The notes: generated by a model from the sequence alone, not told the origin. Positions 27,425 through 38,843 are shown, counted from the stretch's first letter. The stretch: DNA of 64,000 nt from Marispirochaeta sp. (GCA_963676835.2 CAXXFF010000001.1:224001-288000); one strand, 5' to 3'. Program-made: numbers and translations.

Positions 27425-29995
27425 CTATAAGGTCATGGTAAATGCAATCACGAAATCCAGACCGGATGTATCATCGTCAGGATCCTGAAAAAGTGCTCCC
27501 TGCTGCCATTCTATGCCGTCATCAAGGATTTTAAAGCGTTTGGCGAAATAGAACCCAAGGGGTATACCGGGGATGGTCAGCTTTAACCCTGACCCCATAC
27601 TGAACTTGAAGTCTTCCAGCTGCATATCATTGAATTCCCTCAAGCCCTGTTTGGGATCATTCTCATCCCGCAGATACATAAGGGTTGCACTGATATAGTT
27701 ATCGAACCAGAGAAACTGTTCAAAAATCGGCAGCGTAAGATTCATACGGCTGTCCCAGCGGCTCTGACCACCGAGGATCCTTGGCCACCCCAGGGCAACG
27801 GTCATACCGTCAATATAGAGAAGGTCCGCATCGGTTGCCGCCAGTTCTCCGCCTAACTGGGGAAGAATAAAGGCAAGCTCGGAATGCAGCCCGAGAACAG
27901 TCTTCAGGTTAAAGCTTTTACCCAGGATAACATCCAGAAGAGTAAAATATACATCTCCTGCGGTTGATGAGCGGATATAATGCCGCGATGAAGGGAGGAT
28001 GCCTCCGGTAAAGGTGAGACGCTGACTGACATAGACACCTTTTGAAGGATTATAGGTGAGATCCCGGGTATCGTACGAAAGAGATGTCCACCATTTGGTT
28101 ATGGGCATCCACTGGTCAAAGTTATCCCGGACATCCTCACTGTAGGGCCGGTATACATCTTCGTCATACCAGATATAGTTCTGAGAGTGGGTAATACCGG
28201 TTCCGGCACCTATACGGCCGAACCAGGTGTTCCATGAATATCCGGTACTCACGCCCAGGGAGACTTCATAGGAGTCGTACTCCATCAGGTATGAGCTGTC
28301 GACATCTTCACCATTATCAACGGCCCACTCATAATCGGTCTGATATGTGCCGTTGGCGATTTCTTCATCCGTGGGATTAACCGGATTTCCGTCGGAGTCA
28401 ACATAGTGTCCGTCATAGGGGTCCGGAACACCTACGCCGTTCGGCCCGATAAGGTCCTGATAAACGCCGTCAACGAGCAGGTGTTCAAGACTGAGGTTAA
28501 CCCCGCCGTACCAGCGGTGCCCGAAGAGCCAGTTTTCCTTGAATGCAAGAGTCAGGGACTGACTTGCGGTGGAAACCTCTGCTCCGATGGAAACTTCCTG
28601 TCCCCTTCCCAGAAAGTTTTTATCCGCCAGGTTCAGAAACCCCGTCATGGGAAATCCGGTAATACCCCCGGTAAAGGAGATACCGAAGTTAAGGTCAATG
28701 GTCTTGCCCTCTTCGACATTGACCACCAGATCCATGAGGTTATCTACGCTGCCCTGGGGAGTTTCCGGATTTACCGCGGAGAAATATTGTGTATTATACA
28801 GATTCTGAAGGCCCTGAACTATTTTTTCCCGGGAGAAAACATCGCCAACCTCGAGGGGGATTTCTCTCTCAATTACATAATCCCGGGTTTTTGTATTGCC
28901 CTTGATAATTATATTCTCGATATGTGCCCTGCCCCGTTCGACAATCTGCACTACAAAGGAAATGGTTCTATCCTGTTCGTTCCGCTCTTCCTTGCGGTCA
29001 ATCTGGTTAAAAATATAACCGTCATCGAAGTAGGTATTGGCTACACGGGCAAAATCAGCCTCCAGGGCTGTTCTATTGAGAACTGAACCAGGTTCGAGCC
29101 GTATCAGAGAAGAAAGCATTTCGTCGGAAAAGAGGGTGTTGCCGTTAAAGGTCATTCCCCCATAGGTGTACTGCCTGCCTTCGGTAATATAAAAGGTGAT
29201 ATCTATATAGTTTCTCTTCTCGTCTGTTTCACCGGGGGTAGGTTCCTGACTGACCTCTGCAATTTTTGCATCAACGTAGCCCCGCTCCCAGTAGTAGGAA
29301 AGAATAGTACGCTTGTCAGCCTCAATTGTACTTTCCTGAAATATTCCGGAAGAAAAGAGTCCCTGTTCCTTTGTTTCGAGCTTTTTCTTGAGAGTATTTG
29401 ATGAAACAAAACTGTTCCCGGAAAAATAGATATTACGGATTCTGGTCTGGGCTCCTTCTGTAACCTCGAAATAGACAATAGCCCGGCCTTCTTCGTCCGT
29501 TTTTTCAAAGCTGCCGCTTACTTCTACTTCCGGATACCCTTTCTCGATATAGAGGGTTTTTATGGCTTCCGCATCAAGTCGTACCTTGTTACGGGTTACC
29601 ATGTCGTCACGTTTAAGGAGAACAGTATTTAAAATCTCCGAATCCCGGAGGTTCTTATTCCCTTTTATAATAATATCATCAACAAGAGGCCGTTCTGTAA
29701 CGGTAAATTCAATTACTACAGAATCAGTACCGGAAGAGCCTTCAACGGCTTCCAGACTGTAACTCTCAAAATAATCAAGGGCAAAGATTTTACTCTGCAG
29801 CTCCCACGAAAGGGTGTCGCTGAATTCCTGCCCGATATATTCATCAGTAATACCGATGAGATCATATTCACTGACGGAAAGAAGACCGTTAAAACGTATA
29901 TCCTCAATAGGCTTTCCGACCCACCAGTCATCAGACTGCGCCCAGGCGTTCAGACAGAAAAAGGACAAGAAGATGAGCAGCAGCGTCTTACGCAT
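27425..29995 (-). CDS. bamA: Outer membrane protein assembly factor BamA
   Basis: Signal peptide, POTRA repeats (GNTKTRDYVIEREI), NFLGRGQ barrel start; ATG 29995 with AAGGAG RBS. Confidence 0.95.
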   Translation of the reverse strand: MRKTLLLIFLSFFCLNAWAQSDDWWVGKPIEDIRFNGLLSVSEYDLIGITDEYIGQEFSDTLSWELQSKIFALDYFESYSLEAVEGSSGTDSVVIEFTVTERPLVDDIIIKGNKNLRDSEILNTVLLKRDDMVTRNKVRLDAEAIKTLYIEKGYPEVEVSGSFEKTDEEGRAIVYFEVTEGAQTRIRNIYFSGNSFVSSNTLKKKLETKEQGLFSSGIFQESTIEADKRTILSYYWERGYVDAKIAEVSQEPTPGETDEKRNYIDITFYITEGRQYTYGGMTFNGNTLFSDEMLSSLIRLEPGSVLNRTALEADFARVANTYFDDGYIFNQIDRKEERNEQDRTISFVVQIVERGRAHIENIIIKGNTKTRDYVIEREIPLEVGDVFSREKIVQGLQNLYNTQYFSAVNPETPQGSVDNLMDLVVNVEEGKTIDLNFGISFTGGITGFPMTGFLNLADKNFLGRGQEVSIGAEVSTASQSLTLAFKENWLFGHRWYGGVNLSLEHLLVDGVYQDLIGPNGVGVPDPYDGHYVDSDGNPVNPTDEEIANGTYQTDYEWAVDNGEDVDSSYLMEYDSYEVSLGVSTGYSWNTWFGRIGAGTGITHSQNYIWYDEDVYRPYSEDVRDNFDQWMPITKWWTSLSYDTRDLTYNPSKGVYVSQRLTFTGGILPSSRHYIRSSTAGDVYFTLLDVILGKSFNLKTVLGLHSELAFILPQLGGELAATDADLLYIDGMTVALGWPRILGGQSRWDSRMNLTLPIFEQFLWFDNYISATLMYLRDENDPKQGLREFNDMQLEDFKFSMGSGLKLTIPGIPLGFYFAKRFKILDDGIEWQQGALFQDPDDDTSGLDFVIAFTMTL

Positions 29996-30005
29996 AGAGA
30001 CTCCT

Positions 30006-33000
30006 TTAAAAAGATAACGACCAGGAGAGTCCAACCTCGGCAGTCGTAATACTGGAAACTATATCACGAAAATCAGGATAGACCGCAACGTTGAACAGGA
30101 AAAATGGAGTTTTCCACTCTACAGAAATCTCTGTATCCAGTTCGTAGGATGACTCAGCACTGAAATCTGAAAAAAACTGTTCGTTTGATTGAACCTGAAG
30201 CATAGCCTCCAGGAAGACATCATCGCCGAAATACTTTCCCAGAAATAAGGTTGTATTGTCAAGGTATCTCCCGATCGCACTGGAATTGCTCCCGTCGGCA
30301 ACTGTGCTTTCCGAGTCGGAGCTCATACGGTCCAGCAGAATATTCTGAAAAAGCTGGGTTCTGATACTGAAAAGATCCAGATTCAGAATCTCTTTCATTG
30401 ACTGCTCAAAGGAACGGATTATTCCAAGCTGGTTCACCAGAAGATCACTGGTCTGAAGCAGTGCATCCGTGGGATCAATGGCTTCACCCATGCTGGTTCC
30501 AAAGACGGAATAACCTAAAAGAGCTGCTATTTCCACATCCGACAGGGAGGGAACAGACTCGAAGCGCGGGGTAAACTGACTGAAGGGGCGGTCATCCAGT
30601 ATCAGATAGATCTGAACAGTCTCACCGTCTGCATCAATTTCCCGGATTTCCGCCCGGGCAGAAATAACCGGATCAAACTTCACTTCATTCTCACTGAAGC
30701 GCACACGGCCCTCTTTGATTATAAAGTTCCGCTGAAAATAGAGGACAATACCACCTTGAATATCGATATCGCCATCAATATTAAAACTGTCGTTACTGCT
30801 GTCGCTGCTAATTTTTAACTCATTTCCCGTTTTGGCAAAACTGCGCAGAATCGGCAGGGTACTGCTTGGCCAGAGAAACTCAACACCTCGCCCTGTGGTA
30901 AACGTGAAATCTGTTCGCAGTATATGTGAATCGGTATAGGCCTGCACTGCTTCTGTATTGGTAACGGTAATAACCGCTGAACTGAGTTCCAGATCACCAC
31001 TGAGATCGGTGGCAAGCTGATCACCATTTACTCTGAAGTTCCCTTTTACATAGCCATCCAGGATCAACTGTCCGATATCAGTCTTAAGATGAAGCCCGCG
31101 TTTACCGGTGGTAACAAGTTTTATGTCGTAAGTTGCGGGAATCCAGTGTTCTATATCAAAAGAGAGATCTGCAGCCAGGGTTCCTATCCCTGCAGAAAGC
31201 TCCAGGTTATTAATATGCAGGGATTTACCATCCAGCAGAAGAGTCCCGTCAAAAGGCCCTATCTGCTCCGGGATAACCTCGCTTCTTGCAGTTATATCAC
31301 GGGCATTAAGGGTTCCGGAAAAATCAGGATCATTCAGCGGACCCTCAACCTTGATATTAGCCCCGAGGAGCTCACCTGAGGTGAGATTAAAATACGGAAA
31401 CTTTATTCCCCCCTGGAGTTTATCCACCTTAAGACTCATGGTTTCAATAACCGCAGAGATATCGCCTCCGGAGAGTGAACCCTTCAACCTCAATGCAACC
31501 GGAAGCGGTTCGTCAAGGGAAAGAAAAAACTCCCGCGCATTATTCATGGTTCCGGACACTGAACGCCCGGGGCCTCCGGTAAATGCAAAAAGCGTCCCGT
31601 CATAACCGAACTCAAACTCCCAGTCATCCACAGAATCAGGGCCTATACTTCCCTGGAAAAAATCTGCCCGACCGTCAAAGGGCAATGAAAAGATATCCAT
31701 GGCATTATCAAAACCGGAAAACGGCGCAGTCCTGGCAGTAACTGCAACATTACTGTTATAAATCTGCCCCTGGAGCGGCATCTGCAGACTCGAATTAAAG
31801 TTAAAAGTTCCTTCGTCAAGCAGATAGAGACCCGTTCCCTGATGTATGCTTACCCCAAGATAATCAAGATTGAATTCACGTATACGCAGGAGCTTATCTT
31901 CCAGGGAAAAAACTGTTGAAATACCGAAGGGGTCCCGGTTGAATTCTCCATCATTCATTTCAAAACGGACAAAGACATCCGGATCGGAAGGCATTCCCCG
32001 GAGAGTTACATCTCCCGACAGATTCCCCCTGAGCGGGATATCTCCAAAGCGGTTTAACGGTGCGTTAACGAAGGAAAGATCAGATTCGATCTCATCATCG
32101 CTTAAACTGGCGAGAAGCTGATAGGATTCTTCGCCATCCTCTGATGAAAGTTGAAGCCAGCCATTACCGTTAAAAGGCAGTTCAGAGAAATTTATACCAT
32201 TCTCAAAAGAGCTGGTACTTTTCCGCTCAAGTGAGAAAAAACCGTTACCTTCAATATCCGAGACGGAGTCCGCGTAGGCCAGTTTGTATATGGAAAGCTC
32301 GCTTCCATCACTGAACATGGTCACAGAGAGGGTGTTACCCCCGCCTCCTATGGGCAGATTCCTGATACGGGTATTTTCAAGCCAGATATTCCATCCCTCA
32401 GCTATATTGAACAAACCACGGGCATTTATATCAAGTCTGCTGACCCCTTGGGGCAGCGGCAGGGGCATGTCCCGGGTCTTTATCATGAAACGTCCGGGGG
32501 TGCCGAAATCAATAAAGAAACTGTCAAGATAACTTCCCGATAACGAAACCTGATCCCCGGCCAGACTTCCGGTAAAACGGTAGGCGGTCTCCTGCACATC
32601 TGCATTCAGGCTGAAATCAAAACCTTCTGAAGTTTTTTCAAGTGCAAATTTTGCACTCCCCTTATAGTCATCAAATCGGATAGCATCAAGGTTTATATCA
32701 AAGCGATCGCCGTTACCGCTTACCTGCAGGGTAACACTTCGCCGAGGATCATCAGGTTTATCCAGAACACAGTCGGGCAGGAAAAAGGTGAATTCGTCTC
32801 CGCTTGTGTACAAAAACAGAGAACTGTTAATGCGGTAGTTTTCGTTCCTTAACAGATCCGGAGGGTTCTCCCCGGTATAGAGCTCAAGAGCAGCATTCAG
32901 GGGCAGATCCGCAAGAGTTCCCCCCAGCTGAATCATTCCGGAATCCTGATAATATCCCCCTTCAACTGATACGCGGGAAGTCTGAATGGTGCCGTTCTCA

Positions 33001-34367
33001 ACAGGCGCATCCAGTGAGAACTCCCAGCGGCTGCCTTCATGCAGCAGACTGCCGGTAATTCCCGGAAATAAGACTCCACCAATGCGGGCTCCCCCGGAAG
33101 CGGATACCCGGTTTCCGCGTCGATAAAACTGAAGATCCGTGTTAAAAAAATCCCCGGTACTAAGCTGATAATCCCTGATTTTAAGCTGTCCGGAAGGCAG
33201 CAGATTACTGAAACGGAAATCTCCTGCGTAGGTAAGTCTGCCAATTGTGGAGTTTACCAGTGCTTTATTAAACTCTACAGTTTCCTCGGTTCCGGAAAAG
33301 CTGAGTTCTGCATCTGCAGGTACGGGTAAATAGAGGTTATCCGCTTTCAGCTGCAGATCGCCACTGTAAGCGATAGTTGCCAGATCAAAAGGAAAGTCAC
33401 TTCTGGCATGTCCCGTAACCAGAGTAGAAAGCCAGGGATTTACCGGAGCAAGGCTCTCTTTGAAAGTCATTAAATTGGCGGGGGTAAAATTTTCCGAGCG
33501 GAATTCTACGGCAGCATGTCGATCTTTTAAATCTGCTTCCAGAGAGACATCGAAGGGTTCCCTGTCCTGAATTTTACGCAGAAGAAGCTTTTCCGGCTGG
33601 TAATCAGCAAACAGGGTAAGTTCCGGCAACTCCAGAATGTTCGTATCTGTTCTTTTCAGATTAACCGTGAAGGTACCCGAACGTAAATCGGGAAGTACAC
33701 TGCCTTCAGCACTTATGTCACTGGCCAGGGTTTTCAAAGGGGAGGTATCTCCTGTAAGAAGCAGCTCCACCTGCCCGGAAAAATCAAGATTGAATCTGTT
33801 TTCCCCGGGGACAAGATCAAAAAATATCCGCTCAACACTTAAGGAACCCTCAGGTGCTTTTACAAAGACCTTGATATTTCGTCCGCTCACGGTAAAACGC
33901 GGTTCTTCCGCCGCTAAAGGGTCTCCCCTTTGTGTGTCTGCAGCCCCGGTATTCAGATCCCTGATAAGCTCAATCAGATCTGCATCTTTGTCCGTATCGA
34001 TGCTGACAGAAGTATTTTCAAACCTGATCTCCCGCAAAGCGTTGAGAGGCTGACCGGAAAAGAGCCTGAAAAAATTATACCTGACCTTAACCCTGTGTAT
34101 GGTCAGCAGTTTTTTCTGATGGTCGTTTTTATCGAAAATTGAAAGATCCCGTATTTCCAGATGGCGGAGAATGGCGGGAGAAATACTTTGATAACTTATA
34201 TGCCTGCCAATCCTCCCCTCGACATACTCCACAAGCTGCTGTCGGAATTCCCCCATGCTCTCATCCAGGGCTGTCTGAAAAGGTATGAGAATGAACACCG
34301 TCAGAGAGACAAGAGATATCAGCAGCAAAACTTGCAAAAGATGTATATTCCGGACGGAAAGGGCCAT
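30006..34367 (-). CDS. tamB: TamB/DUF490 (AsmA-like) protein
   Basis: N-terminal TM anchor, 1453-aa beta-rich chain, DUF490-like C-terminus (FDPVISARAEIRE; LGKYFGDDVF); immediately upstream of bamA. Confidence 0.85.
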   Translation of the reverse strand: MALSVRNIHLLQVLLLISLVSLTVFILIPFQTALDESMGEFRQQLVEYVEGRIGRHISYQSISPAILRHLEIRDLSIFDKNDHQKKLLTIHRVKVRYNFFRLFSGQPLNALREIRFENTSVSIDTDKDADLIELIRDLNTGAADTQRGDPLAAEEPRFTVSGRNIKVFVKAPEGSLSVERIFFDLVPGENRFNLDFSGQVELLLTGDTSPLKTLASDISAEGSVLPDLRSGTFTVNLKRTDTNILELPELTLFADYQPEKLLLRKIQDREPFDVSLEADLKDRHAAVEFRSENFTPANLMTFKESLAPVNPWLSTLVTGHARSDFPFDLATIAYSGDLQLKADNLYLPVPADAELSFSGTEETVEFNKALVNSTIGRLTYAGDFRFSNLLPSGQLKIRDYQLSTGDFFNTDLQFYRRGNRVSASGGARIGGVLFPGITGSLLHEGSRWEFSLDAPVENGTIQTSRVSVEGGYYQDSGMIQLGGTLADLPLNAALELYTGENPPDLLRNENYRINSSLFLYTSGDEFTFFLPDCVLDKPDDPRRSVTLQVSGNGDRFDINLDAIRFDDYKGSAKFALEKTSEGFDFSLNADVQETAYRFTGSLAGDQVSLSGSYLDSFFIDFGTPGRFMIKTRDMPLPLPQGVSRLDINARGLFNIAEGWNIWLENTRIRNLPIGGGGNTLSVTMFSDGSELSIYKLAYADSVSDIEGNGFFSLERKSTSSFENGINFSELPFNGNGWLQLSSEDGEESYQLLASLSDDEIESDLSFVNAPLNRFGDIPLRGNLSGDVTLRGMPSDPDVFVRFEMNDGEFNRDPFGISTVFSLEDKLLRIREFNLDYLGVSIHQGTGLYLLDEGTFNFNSSLQMPLQGQIYNSNVAVTARTAPFSGFDNAMDIFSLPFDGRADFFQGSIGPDSVDDWEFEFGYDGTLFAFTGGPGRSVSGTMNNAREFFLSLDEPLPVALRLKGSLSGGDISAVIETMSLKVDKLQGGIKFPYFNLTSGELLGANIKVEGPLNDPDFSGTLNARDITARSEVIPEQIGPFDGTLLLDGKSLHINNLELSAGIGTLAADLSFDIEHWIPATYDIKLVTTGKRGLHLKTDIGQLILDGYVKGNFRVNGDQLATDLSGDLELSSAVITVTNTEAVQAYTDSHILRTDFTFTTGRGVEFLWPSSTLPILRSFAKTGNELKISSDSSNDSFNIDGDIDIQGGIVLYFQRNFIIKEGRVRFSENEVKFDPVISARAEIREIDADGETVQIYLILDDRPFSQFTPRFESVPSLSDVEIAALLGYSVFGTSMGEAIDPTDALLQTSDLLVNQLGIIRSFEQSMKEILNLDLFSIRTQLFQNILLDRMSSDSESTVADGSNSSAIGRYLDNTTLFLGKYFGDDVFLEAMLQVQSNEQFFSDFSAESSYELDTEISVEWKTPFFLFNVAVYPDFRDIVSSITTAEVGLSWSLSF

Positions 34368-34470
34368 CTAAGCTCCTCCGCCAGCTGAGGTCTGGACTGA
34401 AATCACCATACTATTGTACCAATATACTACACTTGTAAGAAGTAGTTCCGGTACAGTGAGGAAAAGGCTT

Positions 34471-35082
34471 TTGGAAAAAATTGATAACTTCTTTGTCATT
34501 GAAGGTTTGGACGGATCCGGCACAACAACCCAGCTCCACCGCATAGAGGACGCTGCGGCCGGTATGGAACCTTTACTACATGCAACTTTTGAACCCACAG
34601 ACAACCCTATCGGAAGAATCATCCGTTCCGTTTTGACCGGGGACATGCCCGTTCCTCCTGATACCCTCATGCGCCTTTTTTCCGCTGACCGGTCCATGCA
34701 TCTCTATGAAGATGATGCAGGCATTAAAGCCAGATCTGCCCGGGGAGAACTTGTACTGTGTGACCGCTACCTTTTTTCCAGTATTGCATACCAGGCTCTG
34801 GGTAACCCCATTGAAGAGGTTATCAGCATGAACCGGTTTCCCCTGCCGGAAAAAGTCTTTTTCATCGAAGTCAGCCCCGAAGAGTGCGCCCGCCGCCGCA
34901 GTTCCCGGGAAAAGGAAGAACTCTTCGATAAAACCGAAACACAGAGAAAAATACGCGATAATTATTATCGCGCTTTTGACGCATTTTCCGCTTGTACTAT
35001 TGAGATTATCGACGGAACCCTGCCAATAGAAGAGATCACTGTTCAGATATGGAGATCTTTACCCTATCCGCCGATAGTATAA
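34471..35082 (+). CDS. tmk: Thymidylate kinase
   Basis: IEGLDGSGTTTQ P-loop, FEPT, LFSADR and DRYLFSSIAYQ; start uncertain (TTG 34471 after GAGG; ORF open from 34414). Confidence 0.93.
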   Translation: MEKIDNFFVIEGLDGSGTTTQLHRIEDAAAGMEPLLHATFEPTDNPIGRIIRSVLTGDMPVPPDTLMRLFSADRSMHLYEDDAGIKARSARGELVLCDRYLFSSIAYQALGNPIEEVISMNRFPLPEKVFFIEVSPEECARRRSSREKEELFDKTETQRKIRDNYYRAFDAFSACTIEIIDGTLPIEEITVQIWRSLPYPPIV

Positions 35083-35084
35083 AG

Positions 35085-35702
35085 GTGAAAACAGAGGGAA
35101 AAATAAAGATATTCCTGACAGTCGGACTGCTGATTCTCACGGTATCCGGTCTTCAGGCTTATCCTGTGCAGTTTGCAGAGCAGTTCTACCGGCTTTACCA
35201 TACCCAGATGTATATGTACCCGGAGAACATTGAAGAAAATCTCTGGTATCTTGAAAAAGCCCTTAATTCGGACTTCTGCAACCCCCTGTACGCTCTTGCC
35301 CGGCCCCTGAATGATTCAACCGACTGGGCAAAATACCGGGCCCTGTTCAGAATGCATGTCAACCTTACCATTATTCAGCAATACCGCACTCTGGGACGCC
35401 GTTTTGACAAGGAGAAAGCCTGGTTCTTCAATGCACCATGGAAAGAGGAAAATCTTGAAAGCCTTGAAATAGCGGAACATTTCTATCGCGCTGCCCTCTA
35501 TTACTGGCCTGAAGCCTTGCGCTGGGCGAAAGCCGCATCGGTAAACCCCTGGGACCATTATGAGGGGATCGAAGCCTGGGAGGACGAACGCTACCGGATT
35601 CGTCAGGGGGAACTTGACTATGCGGATATCATCAGGATGGATCTTGAGCATCTCCAGGAGGTACGGGAAGACTTCATGGCCATGGATGACACCACCTATT
35701 GA
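35085..35702 (+). CDS. Exported hypothetical protein, helical and aromatic-rich
   Basis: Signal-peptide-like IFLTVGLLILTVSGLQA; follows tmk; GTG start inferred. Confidence 0.7.
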   Translation: MKTEGKIKIFLTVGLLILTVSGLQAYPVQFAEQFYRLYHTQMYMYPENIEENLWYLEKALNSDFCNPLYALARPLNDSTDWAKYRALFRMHVNLTIIQQYRTLGRRFDKEKAWFFNAPWKEENLESLEIAEHFYRAALYYWPEALRWAKAASVNPWDHYEGIEAWEDERYRIRQGELDYADIIRMDLEHLQEVREDFMAMDDTTY

Positions 35703-36709
35703 ATAAACATGGCGTCGCCGTAACTGAAAAAGCGGTATTGCTCTTTAACTGCAGCGGCATATGTATCAAGTATTGTTTCCCTGCCCGCAAAAGCTGAAAC
35801 CATAACCAGCAGGCTGGATTCGGGGGTGTGAAAATTGGTGAACATATGATCCACAACCTTAAATTTATACCCCGGTGAAATAAAAAGCTCCGTAGCATCT
35901 CTTCCCGTACGTAACCCGTTATCTTTCCAGCTGCTCTCAAGGGTGCGTACCGTAGTTGTTCCCACTGCAATTACCGGCCGCCCCTCTTTTTTGGCAGTGT
36001 TCACCTTTTTTGCAGTTTCAACAGACACCTCATATTCTTCCCGGTGCATTTGGTGATCCGCAAGGTATTCACTGCGTATTGGCTGAAAAGTTCCTATGCC
36101 CACATGAAGAGTAACATAGGCGATTTCCGCACGCGCTCTTATGGCCTCCATCACACCATCGGTGAAATGAAGCCCCGCAGTGGGAGCTGCAACAGAACCG
36201 GTTTCCCGGCTGTAGACAGTCTGATAGCGTTCATCGTCGGTATTTTCCCCTTCCCTGCGGATGTAGGGAGGCAGGGGAATATTTCCATTGCGTTCAAAAT
36301 ACCCGTCATCGAGGCTTGCGGAAAACTGCAGAATCCCCAGACCTTCAGGCTTTTCTACAAGTTCCGCTTCCATGTTTTCGGGAAAGGTATATCGTCGGCC
36401 CACCTGCTGCCGTTTCCGCCGCTGAACGACTGCTTCCCATCTGTTTTCGCCAAGATTTCGGAGAAGCAGAAACTCTACAGTTCCCCCGCCTTCTGTTTTG
36501 GCGAACAGCCTGGCTTTCCTGACCCGGGTATTGTTAAAAACAATGAGCGCCCCTTCCGGAATAATGGAAGGAAAATCACTTATCATGCGGTGGCTGATAT
36601 CACCGGTGGGACGATCTAAAATAAGCAGGCGCGATTCGCCCCTGTTTTCTGCGGGATACTGAGCAATCAGTTCCTCGGGCAGATCAAAAGAGAAATCCCT
36701 GGTCTTCAA
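35696..36709 (-). CDS. queA: S-adenosylmethionine:tRNA ribosyltransferase-isomerase
   Basis: [35 protein letters not shown] and FFSYGDAM motifs. Confidence 0.97.
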   Translation of the reverse strand: MKTRDFSFDLPEELIAQYPAENRGESRLLILDRPTGDISHRMISDFPSIIPEGALIVFNNTRVRKARLFAKTEGGGTVEFLLLRNLGENRWEAVVQRRKRQQVGRRYTFPENMEAELVEKPEGLGILQFSASLDDGYFERNGNIPLPPYIRREGENTDDERYQTVYSRETGSVAAPTAGLHFTDGVMEAIRARAEIAYVTLHVGIGTFQPIRSEYLADHQMHREEYEVSVETAKKVNTAKKEGRPVIAVGTTTVRTLESSWKDNGLRTGRDATELFISPGYKFKVVDHMFTNFHTPESSLLVMVSAFAGRETILDTYAAAVKEQYRFFSYGDAMFIQ

Positions 36710-37739
36710 TGGTTCCTCCAGGTTCTATATTAAGATGTTCATAGGCAAGGTCAGTCACCTTCCGCCCCCGGGGGGTACGCTGAAGAAATCCCCTCTGAAT
36801 AAGATAGGGTTCGTAGAAATCTTCCAGAGATTCTATCGCCTCGCCGACTGAAATAGCCAGGGTCTCTGCGCCAACAGGGCCGCCGTTATATCTGGCAATT
36901 ATGGTGGTAAGAATCTGACGGTCTAGTCGCTCCAGGCCATAGCTGTCGATTTCCAGACGTTTAAGACCATCGGTAACTATCTCTTCTGTGACAATACCGC
37001 CCTGCTCTCTTCCCAGAATCTGGGCAAAATCCCGCATTCTTTTAAACAGCCGGTTAGCCACCCTGGGAGTTCCCCGGGCGCTGTCTGCCAGGCGTATGAC
37101 CGCTTCATCGGTAATATCACACTCAAGGATACCGGAAGTACGGCGTATAATCTTGCGTATATCTTCAGGATCATAGAAGTTCATGCGGAAAGAAATTCCA
37201 AAGCGGCTGTACAGTGGGCCTGCTACCTGTCCGGCCTTGGTGGTGGCTCCGATAAGGGTGAACTTCGGCAGCTGAATACGAATGGTCCGTGCCGCAGGGC
37301 CCTGTCCGATCACCCAGTCTATTTCGTTATCTTCCATGGCAATATAGAGCATCTCTTCAACCACAGGTTTCAGTCGGTGAATCTCATCGATAAAGAAAAC
37401 AGCGTTCTCCGGAAGAGAAGTGAGAATGCCCGCAAGGTCTTTCGGCTTATCCAGTGCAGGCGCAGAAGTTGCCTTGAACTCAGCCCCCATTTCTTCGGCA
37501 ACAATACCTGCCAGGGTTGTTTTTCCCAGGCCCGGAGGACCTGCAAGAAAAAGATGATCAAGGGCTTCATGGCGCTCTTTTGCCGCCCGGATAAATACCC
37601 TCAGGTTATCCTTGATCCCCTGCTGGCCGAGAAACTCATTGAGACTGGAGGGACGGAGGGAAATCTCAGGTTCATCCTCGCCGCCCATAAAATCGCCCCG
37701 AACCATGGAAGCGCCGGGATCCTGATTAAAACTGTCCAT
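36684..37739 (-). CDS. ruvB: Holliday junction branch migration helicase RuvB
   Basis: [24 protein letters not shown] and RTPRGR motifs. Confidence 0.98.
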   Translation of the reverse strand: MDSFNQDPGASMVRGDFMGGEDEPEISLRPSSLNEFLGQQGIKDNLRVFIRAAKERHEALDHLFLAGPPGLGKTTLAGIVAEEMGAEFKATSAPALDKPKDLAGILTSLPENAVFFIDEIHRLKPVVEEMLYIAMEDNEIDWVIGQGPAARTIRIQLPKFTLIGATTKAGQVAGPLYSRFGISFRMNFYDPEDIRKIIRRTSGILECDITDEAVIRLADSARGTPRVANRLFKRMRDFAQILGREQGGIVTEEIVTDGLKRLEIDSYGLERLDRQILTTIIARYNGGPVGAETLAISVGEAIESLEDFYEPYLIQRGFLQRTPRGRKVTDLAYEHLNIEPGGTIEDQGFLF

Positions 37740-37740
37740 A

Positions 37741-38337
37741 TCAGCTGCCGCCTTTCCTGCTCAGCTGAACAATAGCCTCGCGCAGAAGACGTTCTTCTTT
37801 TTGTTCGGTAGACAAATCAGATGGCAGCTCCCTCGAGATAGATGTAACCGTATCTTTTGCAAGCCCTTTATCAAAGCCCATATCTGCAAGGGCATTAACC
37901 ACATCTGCATAAGGGCCGTCGAAGTTTCCATTTTCCGCTTTTGCAATGGTACCCTGCAGGGCAAGAATAATTTTCTGTGCCGTCTTCTTTCCGAGGCCCG
38001 GAATCAGGCTGAGAGAGGCAACATCTTCGCTTTCGATGGCGGCTTTCAGGTTTGCCGCGTTCAGGCCGGAAAGGATTTTCATGGCAAGCCCCGGGCCTAC
38101 ACCGGATACCTTCAACAGCTTGAGAAATACCTCCCGCTCTTCTTCATCAAGAAAACCGTAAAGCTTCATCTGATCTTCTTTATGGTGAAGATAAGCAACC
38201 ACCCGCTGAACTGACCCCGATGAAAAACTGCGGGCGGCAGTGGCTGAAACAGCCAGGGCATATTCCACCCCTGCAACATCGACTGTGCAGAGTGATTCGC
38301 TGTGAACAATGACTTTTCCGGTAAAACTGTTAAACAT
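37741..38337 (-). CDS. ruvA: Holliday junction binding protein RuvA
   Basis: LYGF, VSGVGP and [12 protein letters not shown]hH motifs. Confidence 0.96.
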   Translation of the reverse strand: MFNSFTGKVIVHSESLCTVDVAGVEYALAVSATAARSFSSGSVQRVVAYLHHKEDQMKLYGFLDEEEREVFLKLLKVSGVGPGLAMKILSGLNAANLKAAIESEDVASLSLIPGLGKKTAQKIILALQGTIAKAENGNFDGPYADVVNALADMGFDKGLAKDTVTSISRELPSDLSTEQKEERLLREAIVQLSRKGGS

Positions 38338-38360
38338 TAGGGGCAGCCCTCTGTTAACCC

Positions 38361-38843
38361 CTAAAGACGGGGTTGATTGAGAAAATTATACCTGCAGACA
38401 GCAGCAGCAAGTGCATCTGCCGCATGATCAGGCCGGGGGACTTCCGGTAGAGCGAGAATAACCTTTATAAGCTGCTGCATCTGCCGTTTATCGGCAGTCC
38501 CCGTGCCTACAACTGCCTGTTTTATTCTTGGCGGGGAGAAAGCCTCCACAGGAAGCCCCAGTTCTTCACAGGTTACCAGAACCACGCCCATAGCCTGTGC
38601 AACAGGAATGGCCGACGACTGATTTTTAGCAAAGTATATGCTCTCTATTCCGGCAATCTCCGGATGATAGGTTTCATAAATATCGAGAACAGCCCGGCGG
38701 ATGGCCAGCAGGCGCCGGCCGTTATCTTCATCTGCCCTGGTTACAATACTTCCGTGGGCAATATGCTGAAACCGTGTGGCATCAGCATCAATAATGCCCC
38801 AGCCTGTATTGGCAAGCCCCGGATCAATACCGAGAACCCTCAT
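38361..38843 (-). CDS. ruvC: Crossover junction endodeoxyribonuclease RuvC
   Basis: LGIDPG, IES, IKQAVVGTGTADK and DHAADALA motifs. Confidence 0.97.
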   Translation of the reverse strand: MRVLGIDPGLANTGWGIIDADATRFQHIAHGSIVTRADEDNGRRLLAIRRAVLDIYETYHPEIAGIESIYFAKNQSSAIPVAQAMGVVLVTCEELGLPVEAFSPPRIKQAVVGTGTADKRQMQQLIKVILALPEVPRPDHAADALAAAVCRYNFLNQPRL

